Shown here in pieces: positions 1 to 24,814 of a stretch of DNA of 64,000 bases. Each line of letters opens with the position of its first letter. Within the stretch, counting starts at the first letter, position 1. This DNA comes from the human T2T-CHM13v2.0 reference genome, Homo sapiens. A program made the translations under genes and the position numbers. Where the stretch lies: assembly GCF_009914755.1 (NCBI RefSeq), contig NC_060933.1; one strand, given 5' to 3'. The notes beneath the pieces were generated by a model. That model saw nothing but the letters and a program-made list of their open reading frames with translations. It had not been told where the DNA came from and ran no database searches.

Positions 1-120
1 ATGTAGGAGGTACCATGCCAGATGCTTGGGATACATAAACAGTAAGATATAAATCTCTGCCCTGAAAATGCCAAGCATACTGGGGGAGGTGGAAAGCAGT
101 GATCTCAATAAAATATAGTA

Positions 121-745
<625 letters not shown>

Positions 746-872
746 TATGTGTTGTGAGAGCGAGGGGTAAAAGATGCACTCTGGTTTTGGGATGGGATTC
801 CCGTGTGACCAGAGCTGACTTTTGAGCAGGCTCATTGGAGGCTGAGGAGGGAAGAAAGGCATTGCAGGTAGA

Positions 873-1581
<709 letters not shown>

Positions 1582-1628
1582 TCAAAACTATGTTTGGATT
1601 CAAGCAAAGGAACTTTTTTTGTTGTTTA

Positions 1629-1939
<311 letters not shown>

Positions 1940-2224
1940 GTTGCCATTGAGGTGTAGGTCTTTCCTTCCTTTTATCCCCTTAGGCTCAGCTTTCAGCTGA
2001 CATCAGCCAGTGTAGAAGGCTCAACTTTTGGTTCATCTCTATGCCAAAATATTCTTGATCTTTGTACCTCTAAACCATCTACTTCTACTCAAAATACATG
2101 TATAATTATGCATTTAACCTATACCCAAATAATTGTTTCTCCTGGTTAAAACAGAATTTCCTTAGTTCTGATGACAGGTTGAGGGTGTAAGGTCACGGTT
2201 GTGCAGGGAGAAAGGCATATCTCA

Positions 2225-2410
2225 GCTCTTGAGCTCTGGAGGCAGATTGGCTTGAGGCCATCCAGGCTCCGTCACTGATGACATTAGTTGTATCATTTGG
2301 TCCTCTAGGGCTGAGTTTCTTCACCTGGGAAACAGACATTTTAGAAACTACTTTATAGGCCTATTATGTCTATTAAATGACATAATAAGTGTGAAAAATT
2401 GCTTGGTATG
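2225..2410 (+). mobile_element. MIR
   Basis: Degenerate core CTGAGTTTCTTCACCTG...ATTAAATGACATAAT. Confidence 0.6.
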
Positions 2411-2633
2411 TTTGGAAGGGAAGAGGAATGTATGATGGAATGAGGAGTCCAGTGGTTTATGATACATATATATATACCATAAGTATAAATAATAACTTAT
2501 ACGTCATATACTTATGACAAATTATATACAACTATATCCTCTTCTCTATACTGCTCTTCCACTTCTAGATGGAAGAAGCTGTCTAAGGAATGATGAAGGT
2601 GAAAAAAACAAGTCATATTTAAATGTTCTCTTC

Positions 2634-3146
<513 letters not shown>

Positions 3147-3311
3147 TTGAGAAGGTACAGCATGATGATGAAGAACATAGACTATATTTTCAGACAAACC
3201 AGAGTTCAAACCCCAACAATTCCTAGGTGTGTTTACTGCCCTGAGCTTTGGGTCTGTATTAGTAAAATGGGTATAATAATAGAGGTTTCAGATCAAAAAG
3301 CCATAGTATAG

Positions 3312-3583
3312 GGCCCACACAGTGGCTGATGTGTGTAATCGCAGCACTTTGGGAGGCCAAGGCAGGAGGACTACTTGAGCCCCGGAGTTCAAGATCAGCC
3401 TGGGCAATATAGCAAAACCCCGTGTCTATAAAAAAAAAAAATTATCTGGGCATGGCAGCACACACCTGTGGTTCTAGCTACTTAGAAGGCTGAGGCAGGA
3501 GAAATGTTTAGCCCAGGAATTTGAGGTTATAGTGAGCTCTGATCATGCCACTGCACTCCAGCCAGGATGACACAGACCCTATC
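3312..3583 (+). mobile_element. AluJ-like
   Basis: Diverged sense dimer abutting an antisense Alu. Confidence 0.9.
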
Positions 3584-3585
3584 TC

Positions 3586-3877
<292 letters not shown>

Positions 3878-3916
3878 GCAAACATTTTTTTAAAAAGAAA
3901 AATCATGGTTTTATAT

Positions 3917-3993
3917 AAGGTACTATCCGTGGTTTCAGGCATCCACTGGGGATCTTGAAATGTATTCCTCTCAGATACTAGGGAACAACTGTA
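3917..3993 (+). mobile_element. MER2 (Tigger) terminal fragment
   Basis: GGTACTATCCGTGGTTTCAGGCATCCACTGGGG...ACTGTA resembles the MER2 end. Confidence 0.7.
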
Positions 3994-4164
3994 CATATTA
4001 GTTACTACTTTTTACAGTGGCCATAAGAGCCACATCTGGAAGAACACAGAGAGTGAAGAGAGGACCTGGTTTTGAAATTCACTTTCACAAGCTTGAGATC
4101 TGGGGCCAACTTATTTCACCCCTCTGGAGCCTCCTGCCTTGGCAAAATGAGGCTAAGACCTTGG

Positions 4165-4325
4165 AGCACTTGTTTTTACCTGGGCTGATATTGGAATCAC
4201 CTGGGGCTCAGACCCACTTCATCCCCATGATTCTTATGTAATTGTTCTGGGATCCGGCTTTAGAAATCAAGAGTTCTAAAAACTCTCCAGGTGATTCTAT
4301 TGTGCAGCCAAAGTAGAAACCCTTC
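4165..4325. mobile_element. MER5-family hAT element
   Basis: GAATCACCTGGGG...CTCCAGGTGATTCT...GTGCAGCCA inverted core. Confidence 0.7.
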
Positions 4326-4361
4326 TTAGAAGGGTCTTGTGGAGCTCAAAAAGAAAACTAA

Positions 4362-4722
<361 letters not shown>

Positions 4723-4899
4723 CTAGCTCTGAATTCTTTTTTAAAAGAAAAGTAAGTTCTGTAATTAAAAAAAAGAAAAAGAAAAAAATTCCCTTACACT
4801 GCAGACTCTCATTGAAAGCAGACTCTTGCTAATGCTTCATCTTTGGCTCCAAAGGAAATCCATCCCTACCCTAGTCATAACTTACAATAGGGCTTTTCC

Positions 4900-5540
4900 T
4901 GGGTGAAGCAGCATTGGTCTGGTCATCAGAGTGCTCTCCCCAGCCCTCTGGAAGCTACGGATTTGCAAGCCATGAGCACCCTCTATGAGGGGAGGTAAAG
5001 GGAGATTGTGGGGTAACAGAGGAGATGGGGTTAATGTGAAGTTCAAGTTTCCAAGGAGCAATGCGGTCTGGGACACAGCTGTCAGAATACTTTGAGATTC
5101 AAGAAAGTCCATCATAATGAAAGTGTGCTGAGAGGTCCTGGGGAGGCAGGCTGGTTTGTGCAAAACCTGCACTTTGAAGTTCTGACAGTAAGAGGAGTTA
5201 GCAGTTCATGCACCCCTCCTGTCTTCTCACATCGATTTGTGCATTGCCGTCTTGTCATAAGAATCACAAATACAGATGTTTTTGTCAGATCCCAAAGCCT
5301 TAAGGTTCTATATCTGACCTAACTCCAATAGACTTCCAGCAAGTTAAGTTCTGTTGATCAGTCAGTCCAGTTGATCAGACTCTCATGGCTGGCATCATCC
5401 TCCGGACTTCGCCTGGAATAGCAGATTGGAACTTATTCAGAGCTTTGTGATGATAGTAACTTGTTCACAAGCAGACCTTATGTTTGCTAGTAAGATTCTC
5501 AACGTTTTTTTAAGCTCCACAGTTCCAATCTCACCAGCTA
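4900..5540 (-). mobile_element. Degenerate ancient LINE (L2/CR1/Rex1-like) ORF2 endonuclease remnant
   Basis: Minus-strand translation gives LRILLANIRS/LVNK (one frameshift), KTGGV and LLLGNLNF (GDFN-like), in APE-domain order and about 145 codons first to last. Confidence 0.5.
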
Positions 5541-5716
5541 GATTCCTCTCCTTTCTTACCACTTTGAGATTAGGTCAAGTCTGTTTTGATCAATGCAAGC
5601 AAGTAATCCCATCCATTCAACCATTTGTTCATGAAGTCATCCATCCATTTAATTCCCCATTCATCTGCCAACTGTCACACACTCATTTTCAATCCATCTA
5701 TTTCTCCATCCATCCA

Positions 5717-6020
<304 letters not shown>

Positions 6021-6311
6021 ATCCATTCGTTTTTATCTATCTGTTTACTCATCCATCTAATCATCTCCCTGCTCACTCACTCTTCAGCTACATTCAAGTT
6101 CCTAGTCCCCAAAGAGCTTGTTTGATATTTTTATTGTTATCCCATGGACATGGACTCACTACATGGTAGCTATTTTATGATTACTTAATCAGTTGAATCA
6201 TTATTTGCCAAGATTTGGGGGCTTTCTCTGTGCGGGTATTACTGAGGATACAGTAATTAGCCTGAATTGAATCTTGAAGTTTGAGTAAGCATTTTACAGG
6301 TGAAGAAATTA

Positions 6312-7073
<762 letters not shown>

Positions 7074-7075
7074 TA

Positions 7076-7300
7076 GAGCTAAGTGTGAGAAAAAGCCTTC
7101 CAGGCACAAGGAATAGCTAGTGCAAAGTCTTGGAGGTGAGAGCAAGTGTGGCTTATGGGAAGCTGTGGGTAGCTTCTAATGTCAGGGTAGAAGGATGGGA
7201 GGCAGAGAGCCTCCGGCAATCAAGGCTGGAGAGATGAGAGAAGGCCAGTTGATAAAGGGTGTTGTGTGTCATGCCCAGAAGTCTAGAGCTGTTGGAGGAA
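7076..7300 (-). mobile_element. L2 fragment (continues about 6200-6310)
   Basis: TTCCAGGCACAAGGAATAGC..GTGCAAAG..GAGGTGAG is typical of antisense L2. Confidence 0.6.
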
Positions 7301-7920
7301 TTTCAGCTTGCAGCTGCATCTGAAATTGACTTGACTTCTTTGTTCAAAACCAGAAATGGCTGATCTCTCCAGGTTCAGTCGATGGAAGATCTCAGAGACA
7401 CATTTCATAGACTGGGCCTGGGAACCAGGACTGCCAGACTGCGGGGCCAGTGTTTTCTTCTACCACCCTGTGCTTCCACCCCTCCTTCTGACTCATTCTC
7501 CTTTTCCCCATATCTAATCTCTTTCATCCCTCAGTTTCTAAGACAGGTCTGTAAATCCAGTCAGAGCTCAATAAATGTTTGTTGAATGACTCACTGATTC
7601 CTGTGGAAGACATGTACATGTATGTGTGCACGCACCTGGAAGGCCTCTTTGAATTTCTTCCACCATTCCAGGCCCACTTAGAGCTGCACTGGTAGAAAGG
7701 GAATGGATTAGCAACTGAAAAAATCAGGCTGTGGGCTCTGGGTCTCTCACTGACAGGTCATGTCTCTTGGCCAAGTCTCCACATACTCTCCAGGCCTCTG
7801 CTGCTGCACATCTGTGAGATGGAATTGGTGGCCTCTGACCTGGGGTAGTTGGGAGCTGTGGATAAGTCCATGCTGAGAAAAGCCTTTGTTGCTGTAGAGT
7901 GCTGTACATTCACAAGGTAA

Positions 7921-9251
<1,331 letters not shown>

Positions 9252-9287
9252 TGAAGCAAACCCTAGAAAGTGTTTGTTGCTCCGAGA

Positions 9288-9305
9288 TGAACTCTGTGAC
9301 CTTGA
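9288..9305 (-). promoter_or_regulatory. DR3 nuclear-receptor motif overlapping an NR5A/ERR half-site
   Basis: Minus strand reads TCA-AGGTCA-CAG-AGTTCA; motif match only. Confidence 0.35.
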
Positions 9306-9876
9306 AGCACAGTGCCCGGTGGGTTTCTCCTCTCCTACAAAACTTTTGGCGGTTCCCCATTTTCTGCAAGTCATAAAAATCCCAAACCCCTTTCTCTGCT
9401 GTCTAAGGAGCCTCACCATCTGCCCTCATTGTCACATCTCTGACCGCCAGCGCCCGAGACAACCAGTGGCTAAGTTCAGGGATTCCTGTCTTCCGTTACC
9501 ATGTGTTGGATTGCTTGTGATTCATTCCCACTTGGCTTGTTTTGGAAATTAGCATTTCTCGGTGATGCACCTGATACAGGGTCACTTAGGCAACTCTGAT
9601 AGTTTGGGAGAATCAGAATTGACAACACAACAGTACTTTAAACACACATTCTCCTCCCCATCCAAACACACTTATCTCTTCTATTACCCAGATAATGGGC
9701 AGTCCTTTCCAGTTCCGTGCTGATAAGCTGCTAATAAGTCTCTGCCTGACTAGTTGTCTTGCGTGGGGTATTGGACAGGCAAGAGAGAGGTCTGTGGATT
9801 CATTGGTTACTTCTTTCAGTAGCTGTGACCTCATATGAGAACCTTTGCTTCCTACTTTTTAAAAATTATTTTTTTG

Positions 9877-10123
9877 GGGCTAGGCATGGTGGCTCACGCC
9901 TGTAATTCCCAGCACTTGGAAAGGCCAAGGCAGGAGGATCTCTTGAGCCCAGGAGTTCAAGGCCACCTGAGCAACATAGTGATACCCCATTCCTACAAAA
10001 AAAATTTAAAAATGGGGCAGGAGGATCATTTGAGCCTGGGAGATGGAGGCTGCAATGAGCTGTGATTGTGTCACTGCACTCCTGCCTGGGTAACAGTGAA
10101 ATTCTGTCTCCAAAACCAAAAAA
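9877..10123 (+). mobile_element. AluJ with internal deletion
   Basis: Sense Alu missing the start of the right arm. Confidence 0.88.
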
Positions 10124-10303
10124 ATTTTTTAAAATTTTCTTTTCTTGTATTATAGAGGACTAAATGTTACCTATTTTTTCAAGAAAAGAGTCATATTACC
10201 CTCTTTCTGGGCAATCCTGGAGACCCCATGAGGATTTTATGCAGACACTTTAAATGGAATAGCCTTAAGGAAATGGAGTCCTTGCTGTACTGGAGGCATC
10301 CCA

Positions 10304-11105
<802 letters not shown>

Positions 11106-11189
11106 TCCTATTTCTCAAAGGCAGTAGATTCCATTTCATTTTGTCTCTGCTAATGTGGGGCAACCGTGTGTGCATATGTTATGTGTGTT

Positions 11190-12522
<1,333 letters not shown>

Positions 12523-12889
12523 AAAAACTGTTTTCACTGGGTATGGAATTTTAGATTGGCAGTGTTTTCTGCCCTCGTCCCTTACTCCCAGCCTTTAAAA
12601 GATGCTAATATGTTGTCTAAACACATTATTTTGAAAGAGGTACACCGAAAAACACAGACACACAAACTCTAAAATCCCTTAAGAATCCAGTCTCAGATTG
12701 GAGAAACACCCTCAGGGGAAACAGCTAGAACCCAAGTTTCTGATTACTGTTAACCACAGATGCTCCAGGAAAATCAGGAAGAAGTTTAGAAATGCAAAGC
12801 AGGGGAAATTACATAAATATATACATATATATACATATACACATGAATATAATAAAACAAATTTAGAGAAGCAGAGGAAGGAGAGGAAG

Positions 12890-13025
12890 AGCTTTGGGGC
12901 TTAAATCCCGTCTGCCTTTGGCTCGTCCTGTGATTTTGAACAAATTCCTTCACCTCTTTGAACCGTAGTATCATCTGTGAAATAGAGATAATAGTACCCG
13001 CCTTGTGAGATGTAGTAATGGTGAC
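12890..13025 (+). mobile_element. MIR
   Basis: TTGAACAAATTCCTTCACCTCT...CATCTGTGAAATAGAGATAATAGTACC core. Confidence 0.7.
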
Positions 13026-13038
13026 AGGAAAGAAATAT

Positions 13039-14003
13039 GGCTGGGCATGGTGGCTCACACCCAACATTTTGAGAGGCCAAGGGGGAAGAATTGCTTGAGT
13101 CTAGGAGCCCAAGACCTGCCTGGACATCACAGTGAGACCCATTTTTTTTTTTTTTTTTTTTAGATAGAATCTTGCTCTGTCACTCAGGCTGGAGTGTAGT
13201 GGCATGATCTCGGCTCACTGCAACCTCTGTCTCCCAGCTTCCAGAGATTCTCCTGCGTCAGCCTCCTGAGTAGCTGGGATTACAGACACGCACTGCCACA
13301 TCCGTCTACTTTTTTATTATTAGTAGAGACAGGGTTTCACCATGTTGGCCAGGCTGGTCTCAAATTCCTGACCTTAGGTAATCCGCCTGCCTCGGCCTCC
13401 CAAAGTGCTTGGATTACAGGCATGAGCCACTGCACCCAGCCATGAGACCCCATTTTTACAACAAAATTTAAAAATTGGCCCTCTGGTGGAGCACACCTGT
13501 AGTTCTAGCTACTCAGGAGGCTGAGGCAGGAGGATTGCTTGAGCCCAGGAGTCTGAGCCTGCAGTGAGCTATGATTATATCACTGAATGCCAACAAGACT
13601 ATCTCTAAAAAAAAAAATAAAATGGCGGGTGCTGTGGATCACACCTGTAATCCCAACACTTTGGGAGGCCGAGGCAGGAGGATCACTTGAGGTGAGAAGT
13701 TTGAGACCAGCCTGGACAATATAGCAAGACCCCATTGTTTACAAAAATAGTTTTTTAAAAATTAGCTGAGTGTAGTGGTGTACTCGTAGTCCCAGCTACT
13801 CAGGAGGCAACATGGCAAAACCCCATCTCTACAAAATACAAAAAAATTAGCTGGGCATAGTGGTATGGGCCTATAGTTCCAGCTACTTGGGGGGCTGAGG
13901 TGGGGGGTTGTTTGAGCCCAGAAGTTCGAGGCTGCAGTGAGTTAAGATCATGCCACTGTGCTCCTGCCTGGGCAACAAGTGAGACCCTGTCTTTAATAAA
14001 AAA
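13039..14003 (+). mobile_element. Alu pile: AluJ (13039-13620) split by antisense AluS (13142-13441), then two fused partial Alus (13624-14003)
   Basis: TSD TGAGACCCATTTTT flanks the inner Alu; arm switch at about 13808. Confidence 0.9.
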
Positions 14004-15152
14004 GATATATGTGATGTGCCTTCTGCTGAGCCTGACCCTGCCTGACACAGCCAGGCCAGCTCATGAAAAAGGAAAAGAGGGAAGGAGGAGAGTGAGCTTT
14101 GTGCCTTCTGGGAAGTCAGAGGGGTAGGAAGTCACTTAACCTCCACACATGACAACCTAGGGACAGTCCCCATGAGCCTGAGAGGATGCTGACCACCAGG
14201 AGTCTAGAATGCTCAGAGCTGGCACGGGGGGTCTGAACAACTGAGAAAAATCTGCTTGCTTGAGTGCCAAGACCTGGGCTCTTCAAAGGATCCTGGTGCC
14301 CTGTGGTGGTCAGACTCCATGAGGCACTGAGGTTAGACTTAGTCTGCTTCTTCTCCACTTAAGGGAAAACAGGCCGTTAATGGGGCTGCAGTGGTCGGGC
14401 CTGGAATTTCAAGGTCGTGTGGGCATCTTGTCCTCGTCTCACCTGGGCCTGCCTGAGGCTGAGGCCCTGGAGATCCCCAGGCAGCAGGCTCAGACAGGGG
14501 TCACACTGGATGATCCTACGTGCTTTGCCGGTGGTCACTGCCAAAGGACTCCTAGGGTGCACAGTTTTTAAGAAGGCTCGCTCTCTCAGGGGGACCATCC
14601 CGCACTTGCATGCCCTTGAGAATGAGGTCCTCCTTAAATATTCACTCTGGTTCTTCTCCTGCCTCGCTCAAGTCCAGGCCCTGGGTCAAGAAGTGAGAGG
14701 TGAACTCACAAGCCAGCTGTTCCCAGATTTGGCTTCATACTGAACCACCTGAAAAGCTTGTGAAAATGCAGAATTCCTCTTGAATCTGAATCTCTGCAGG
14801 TAGGGCCTCGGAATCTGTATATATCAATATCCTCTTGGGTCGTTATCACAAGGCCAACCCCAGGCAGATCCAGGGATGGCCCTTGCAGAGCACTGAGATT
14901 TAGGTAAATTCTGCAGATCTTTGCAGTTTACGAATCACTTTTCCATGCACAGAACTTATTTGATTTTCACAACATCTAGGGCATTTTTCAAAGAGGAAAA
15001 TCACATCAGTTATCATGTTGCAGAGCCAGAAGCAGCACTCATTTATTCAATCAGTCATTCCCATTTTGCAAACATAGCTTAAGTGTCTACTGAGCCACCA
15101 ACAAGGAAATTGTCACTTAGTAGTGAATACACACACATACACACATAGACTA

Positions 15153-15567
<415 letters not shown>

Positions 15568-15572
15568 TCAGG

Positions 15573-16122
15573 TTTTTTTTGTTTTTGAAACTAGGTCTCA
15601 CTTTGTTACCCAGGCTGGAGTGCAGTGGCTGGATCTTGGCTCACTGCAGCCTCGACTTCCTGGGCTCAAGCGATCCTCCAGCCTCAGCCCCCACAAGTAG
15701 CTGGGACTACAGGCCCGTGCCACCATGCCCAGCTAATTTTTTTTGTATTTTTGTAGAGATGGGGTTTTGCCATGGTGCCCAGGCTGGTCTTGAACTCCTG
15801 AGTTCAAGCGATCTGCCCACCTCAGCCTCCCAAAGTGCTAGGATTACAGGTGTGAGCCATTGCGCCTGGCCTGGGTTGGGTTTTGAAGGTTGAGCGTGAT
15901 TTCCCCATTTGTGGAAAGGCATTCTTGCAGCGGGAACTGCACATACAAAGTTGCGCTTTGTTGGGCTTGAGAAAGCCTTAATGTATTCAAGGAATGATAA
16001 ATAGGTGAAACAGGGTCTCGCTATGTTGTCCAGGCTGGTCTCAAACTCTTGGGCTCAAGCAATTCTCTCGCCTTGGCCTCCCAAAGTGCTGGGGTTACAG
16101 GTGTGAGCCACCGTGCCCGGCC
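15573..16122 (-). mobile_element. AluJ (15573-15871) and Alu monomer (16006-16122)
   Basis: Antisense Alu sequence. Confidence 0.9.
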
Positions 16123-16124
16123 CC

Positions 16125-16275
16125 CAGTGCTTCTTAAACACAGTGTGCAAGTAGATTACCTGGGGATCTTGTTAAAATGCAGATTCTGATTTCATATGTC
16201 TGGGATGGGGCATTCTGCATTTTTAACAAGTTCCCCGGGGTATGCAGAGGCTACCGGTCCCTGGATTATACTTGA
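16125..16275. mobile_element. MER5-family hAT element
   Basis: CAGTGCTTCTTAAAC...ACCTGGGGATCTTGTTAAAATGCAGATTCTGATT. Confidence 0.75.
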
Positions 16276-17399
16276 CGTAGAAAGATTTTAGGTAGCTATA
16301 CTTAAAGTCAGTGTGGAAGATCGGCTGAGGAGGGAAAAGACTAGACACAGGAAAAATATCAAACAAGGCACTGGGGGTGGTGGCTTCTTAAGAACACTGT
16401 TGCTTCTCCCGTTACTTTTGGAAGCAGCCCCCATCAGCCCTGGGTTATGTCATCCCCTGTATTTTTCCCTCCCAGAACAGGGCAGGGGATGGGAGGGGTC
16501 AGAACTCAGCTGTGCGCACGTCTGTACAGCTGGTGAATGTCGGCAACTGACATCACAATGCTTCTGGGGGATCGTCACAACCTATTGATATTCACTCCAT
16601 CACAGGACTTGGAACAGTTTTGCTAGCAGAAAATACGACTCTCTTCTATGCTGTGGTAAAATAGTACAACCACAAGGCCAGGATCCATAGAATGTGACCA
16701 GCTGTTTCAGTGGTTTTCTGTTACTATTTGTGAAGTCTTCATTCTTGTCATCTCTAGCAGAAGAGTGGTGCCAGTTGCCAGAGGTTTGAGGAAAAAGAAG
16801 TCATGGGAGAATTTACATTTCAGAAAATTCCATTCATTGACTTAATTATTTCTGGGAATTCAGAAAAGACCACCATGATCCTTTAGCCGCGAAAACACTT
16901 GGGCCAGTTTTGGAAATGCTAGAATCCTGCAGGAGAAGCTTTTGAGAAATTCAGTACTGTGCAGTGTTGTAACCCGAATACTTTGCTGGTATGTGAAGTT
17001 TTTGAAATATTGAACAGTGCTATAGCAACACAAGGTGAAATTAACACAGAGAGTGAAAATAATTACAACCAGAGAGACAGTTATCAATCTCGCAGTCATC
17101 ACCTTGCCACACTTACTATACATGTCAATATTTTATTTTATTTTATTTTTTTGGTTTTGTTTTGCTTTCCTGGTCCTTATCCTTAGGCAGATTTATTATT
17201 ATTATTATTATTCTGAGGCACTGGCAATAACATTCAATTCTGTGTTCTGCTTTTTCTGCTTAACATTGCAGCATAACTGTTTTTCCATGCTGTTACCCAG
17301 ACCCCATTAGAAAGTTCATGGGCTGTATAATTCACTGGCTAGATGTATCATAGTTTATGTAAACCTTGCTATTGGCCATTTCAGTCATATGATGCCATT

Positions 17400-17890
17400 A
17401 AAAATGGAATAAGCAACATCGTCAGTGGGAGTGTGAAATGGTACAACTCTTTTGGGAAAGCGATTTGGCAATCTGTATCACAGGCCTGAAATATGTTCAT
17501 TGCCTTAGAGCTCGTCATTCCACTTCTGGGAATCTGTCATAAGGAAATAATCCAAAGTGCAGACTTGGATTCATGCACCGAGATTAAAACTTTATATATA
17601 ATAGAGAAAAGCTTGAAATAACCTAAGTGTTTGAATATAGGAGTAGCATTATGTAAATGATTATATACTGCTCAATGGAATATTATGCAGCCATTAAAAA
17701 TGTTTATGAAAAGTTTATAAATGAAAAATGCTTACATTATGATTGAAGTAAGCAGGATGTAATATTTTATGCTATGGTCCCAGCTGTGTAAATACAGGCT
17801 ACTAAGTAGGCAGAGAAAAAGTTTGCAAGGAAACACACCAAAATATTAATAGTAGGTGTTGGGAATAGGAATGATTTTATTTTTCTTTCA
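17400..17890 (+). mobile_element. Old L1 (L1ME-type) 3' fragment
   Basis: GGGAGTGTGAAATGGTACAAC...ATTCCACTTCTGGGAATCT...CAATGGAATATTATGCAGCCATTAAAAA. Confidence 0.8.
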
Positions 17891-18277
17891 ACTTCTCATG
17901 GCTTAAGAAAAACCAAAATAACCTTTATTTTGTTCGGATAAAAAGTTAATGCTTTCATTGAATAAAATTGCAAGCATTAAAGAAATATGTCATGTAGAAA
18001 GTTAACCCTTATTCATTGCCCTGTTTGCATTTCTCTAACACATTTTCAAAATTAATTTATTATGAGAATATCAGACCAGACTATTTTTGAAGAAGTTGTA
18101 CATATTCTTTTTGTCTTGTAGAATTCTTTTGCTTTTTTTTAAATACATGTATCCTAAAACAAATTAAGTTCTATATAATGCAATTGTAGTCAGCATTACG
18201 ATATCTAGACTTTTCTTTATAAGAAAGAAGAGGAGAACAAGTTCAGCTACTAGGAAAACAGACCTGATTTTGCTTGA

Positions 18278-18614
<337 letters not shown>

Positions 18615-18924
18615 AAGTCTGGAATTTCTTAGATGTGGAGTAAAGTCAGTCTGTTAACCAGGTCCTTGTTATTCTAGATAATTCTTATTGATTCCAAAAT
18701 TGTTTTTTCTGAGAGTTCCTTCAGAACGAGGTCATACGAGCTTTACATTTCTCTTTCTCCCATATCACACGGGGCTCGCTAAGTAGTAGGCACACAATTA
18801 AACTTTGCAAAAGGACTGAAAGTTTGACACATGATTCTTTCTTCTCCAGGAGAAAGGGTTACTGAGAGATCATATTCACAAATCAACGTGCAATAGTGAA
18901 AAAAGATGGCAACGCTGAAGAACC

Positions 18925-19130
18925 TTACTGAATAACCCAGTATGGACCACGTATTGTAATAGGCACTTAATTTCTCTCAATCCTTTCGATATCTCCTTGA
19001 AATAGGTACTATTAGCCCTCAATTTACAGATAAGAAAACTGAGGCTGAGGTTTACACAGCCAGTGAGTGGGGCAGACAGGCTTTTAATCTATTAGTATAT
19101 CTGTCTGACTCCACAACCTCTGACCTTTCC
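18925..19130 (-). mobile_element. MIR
   Basis: TTTACAGATAAGAAAACTGAGGCTGAG core. Confidence 0.75.
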
Positions 19131-19259
19131 ACGGGGCAGGAGAGGCGCCAGATGAATGACTCAGGAAATAGGGTCATAGGTTTCCCTCTCTGAGGCAAGT
19201 GTACTTTCATGCCAGGCAGCTAATCAAAGGTCCCTGTTTTATTTATTATTGTCTGGCTA

Positions 19260-19928
<669 letters not shown>

Positions 19929-19969
19929 TCAAAGGGCATAACTCTGAACTCATTTACTTAAAAAATTTA

Positions 19970-21255
<1,286 letters not shown>

Positions 21256-21359
21256 TAATTGCATCAGTGACAATTGCTGAATTAGACATCTGGTGGGCTA
21301 TTGCATTTTTTTGATATTTGCAAGGCTGGTATAAGATAAACCTTAAACTCTTAAGATGA

Positions 21360-21808
<449 letters not shown>

Positions 21809-22550
21809 TAGATATGGACTGAGATCCAAAGTCTGGGTAAATAAGAGAAAGAGGACAGGAACTTTCTTCCTCTCAGTAGCCTCCTCCCATTCCCTCTTTC
21901 CTGAATTCTTTTCTTTGAGAGAAATCATATTTAGGTTAAGACAAAAAGAACAATAGTGCGTGTAAAGCTTCTGACCTCACCCAAAAACATTATAAAATGA
22001 GCTATAAATCCAGGGAACACAATGTCTGCACATTCTGCAGCTTTCCAGAAAATCTAGGCCAGGCAACTGGAGGGGATAGGATGGGAAAGTGGGGGCTGGA
22101 GAATAATTTCTCACTCCTCCAGTGCTAATAGTCTCTGCAATAGGATCCTATTTATTTTCTTATTCAGTTCCCAAGAGCCTGTGGAGTGGGCACACAGCAA
22201 TTATTGGAGTTAAGCAGAAGGTTGAGCTACATAAAATCATCTGGCTACTTAGCAGCCAGCATCAGAATCCGGGTCTTCAGATCCCACAAACTTGTTTTGT
22301 TTCTTTGAGTTTTGAGTTGGAACCAATTGAATCAGTCCCAGATGTTGATATCAGTGCATCTGTAGTTGAGAAGATAAACAATTCTTTCTAGGCCTTGAGA
22401 AATTTGCAAAATATTTTACTTTTCTACACTTGTTTCTTGAACACCTACTATATGCAAGAGGTGGGCACTGGAGTCCAAAGGTGAGTGAACTCTGACCTCC
22501 ACCATGGTGGAATTCTTACTGCCCAATAAAAAGACAATGTCGGCCATAGA

Positions 22551-23199
<649 letters not shown>

Positions 23200-23334
23200 T
23201 ATGTAGTTTTCAATTATCTAGTTGCCACAATAGAACTGAAAAGAAACAGGTGAAATTAATTTAATACTATATTCCTTTAACCCAATATATCTAAAATATC
23301 ATTTTCACATTTAATCAAAATGGAAATTATTTTA

Positions 23335-23929
<595 letters not shown>

Positions 23930-24506
23930 AAAAATGAAAATTCATAATTAGATATTTTACATTTTTAAAAATCTGTACTTGCAAAATTCAGTATGGATAT
24001 TACACTTCACAGCATATCTCAATTTCTACTAGCCCCTCTGGTGGGGCCCCGTGGCCACATGCGGCTAGTGGCTACCATATTGGGTGGCAAATATCTAGAG
24101 GGGAGATATTTCTAAATGTATTTGAAAACCACTATGGGCTCCTGGCCATAGCGAAAACCTGCACCTGTAGCACCGGGAAGGGAGAAGTTCATCCTACCTG
24201 GAAATTGTTTCTCAAAGCTTTCCAGAGGAGGGGGCTTTTGAGTTGGACTTGATTGCACTCAGAAGAGCAGGTCATCCTTGGAAAGGTAGGATCACCCATC
24301 TGGTGGCTGGTACAGGTGGATGGCGGTGGTGGGGGCTCTTTCTTGAGCCAGTTTGGTTCTGACATTCTTAAGATTGGCTTGAGTTTTGCAGCAGGATTGA
24401 GTCCTAGGAGGGGCAATCAATTTTCAGTTCTAATGCATTTGCCCAGGGCTGCATATTAGAGCTGAGTAAGCCAATCGCTGCTATCTAGATGCTCCTTTCA
24501 GAGTAG

Positions 24507-24809
<303 letters not shown>

Positions 24810-24814
24810 TTCAG

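Noticed and set aside
4882-5172. 96-aa ORF as a functional gene
   Set aside because: Related motifs continue in other frames with stops; it fits a decayed LINE better.
19128-19170. Possible CTCF site next to AP-1 TGACTCA-GGAA
   Set aside because: Poor fit to the CTCF core, and a lone AP-1 7-mer is expected by chance.
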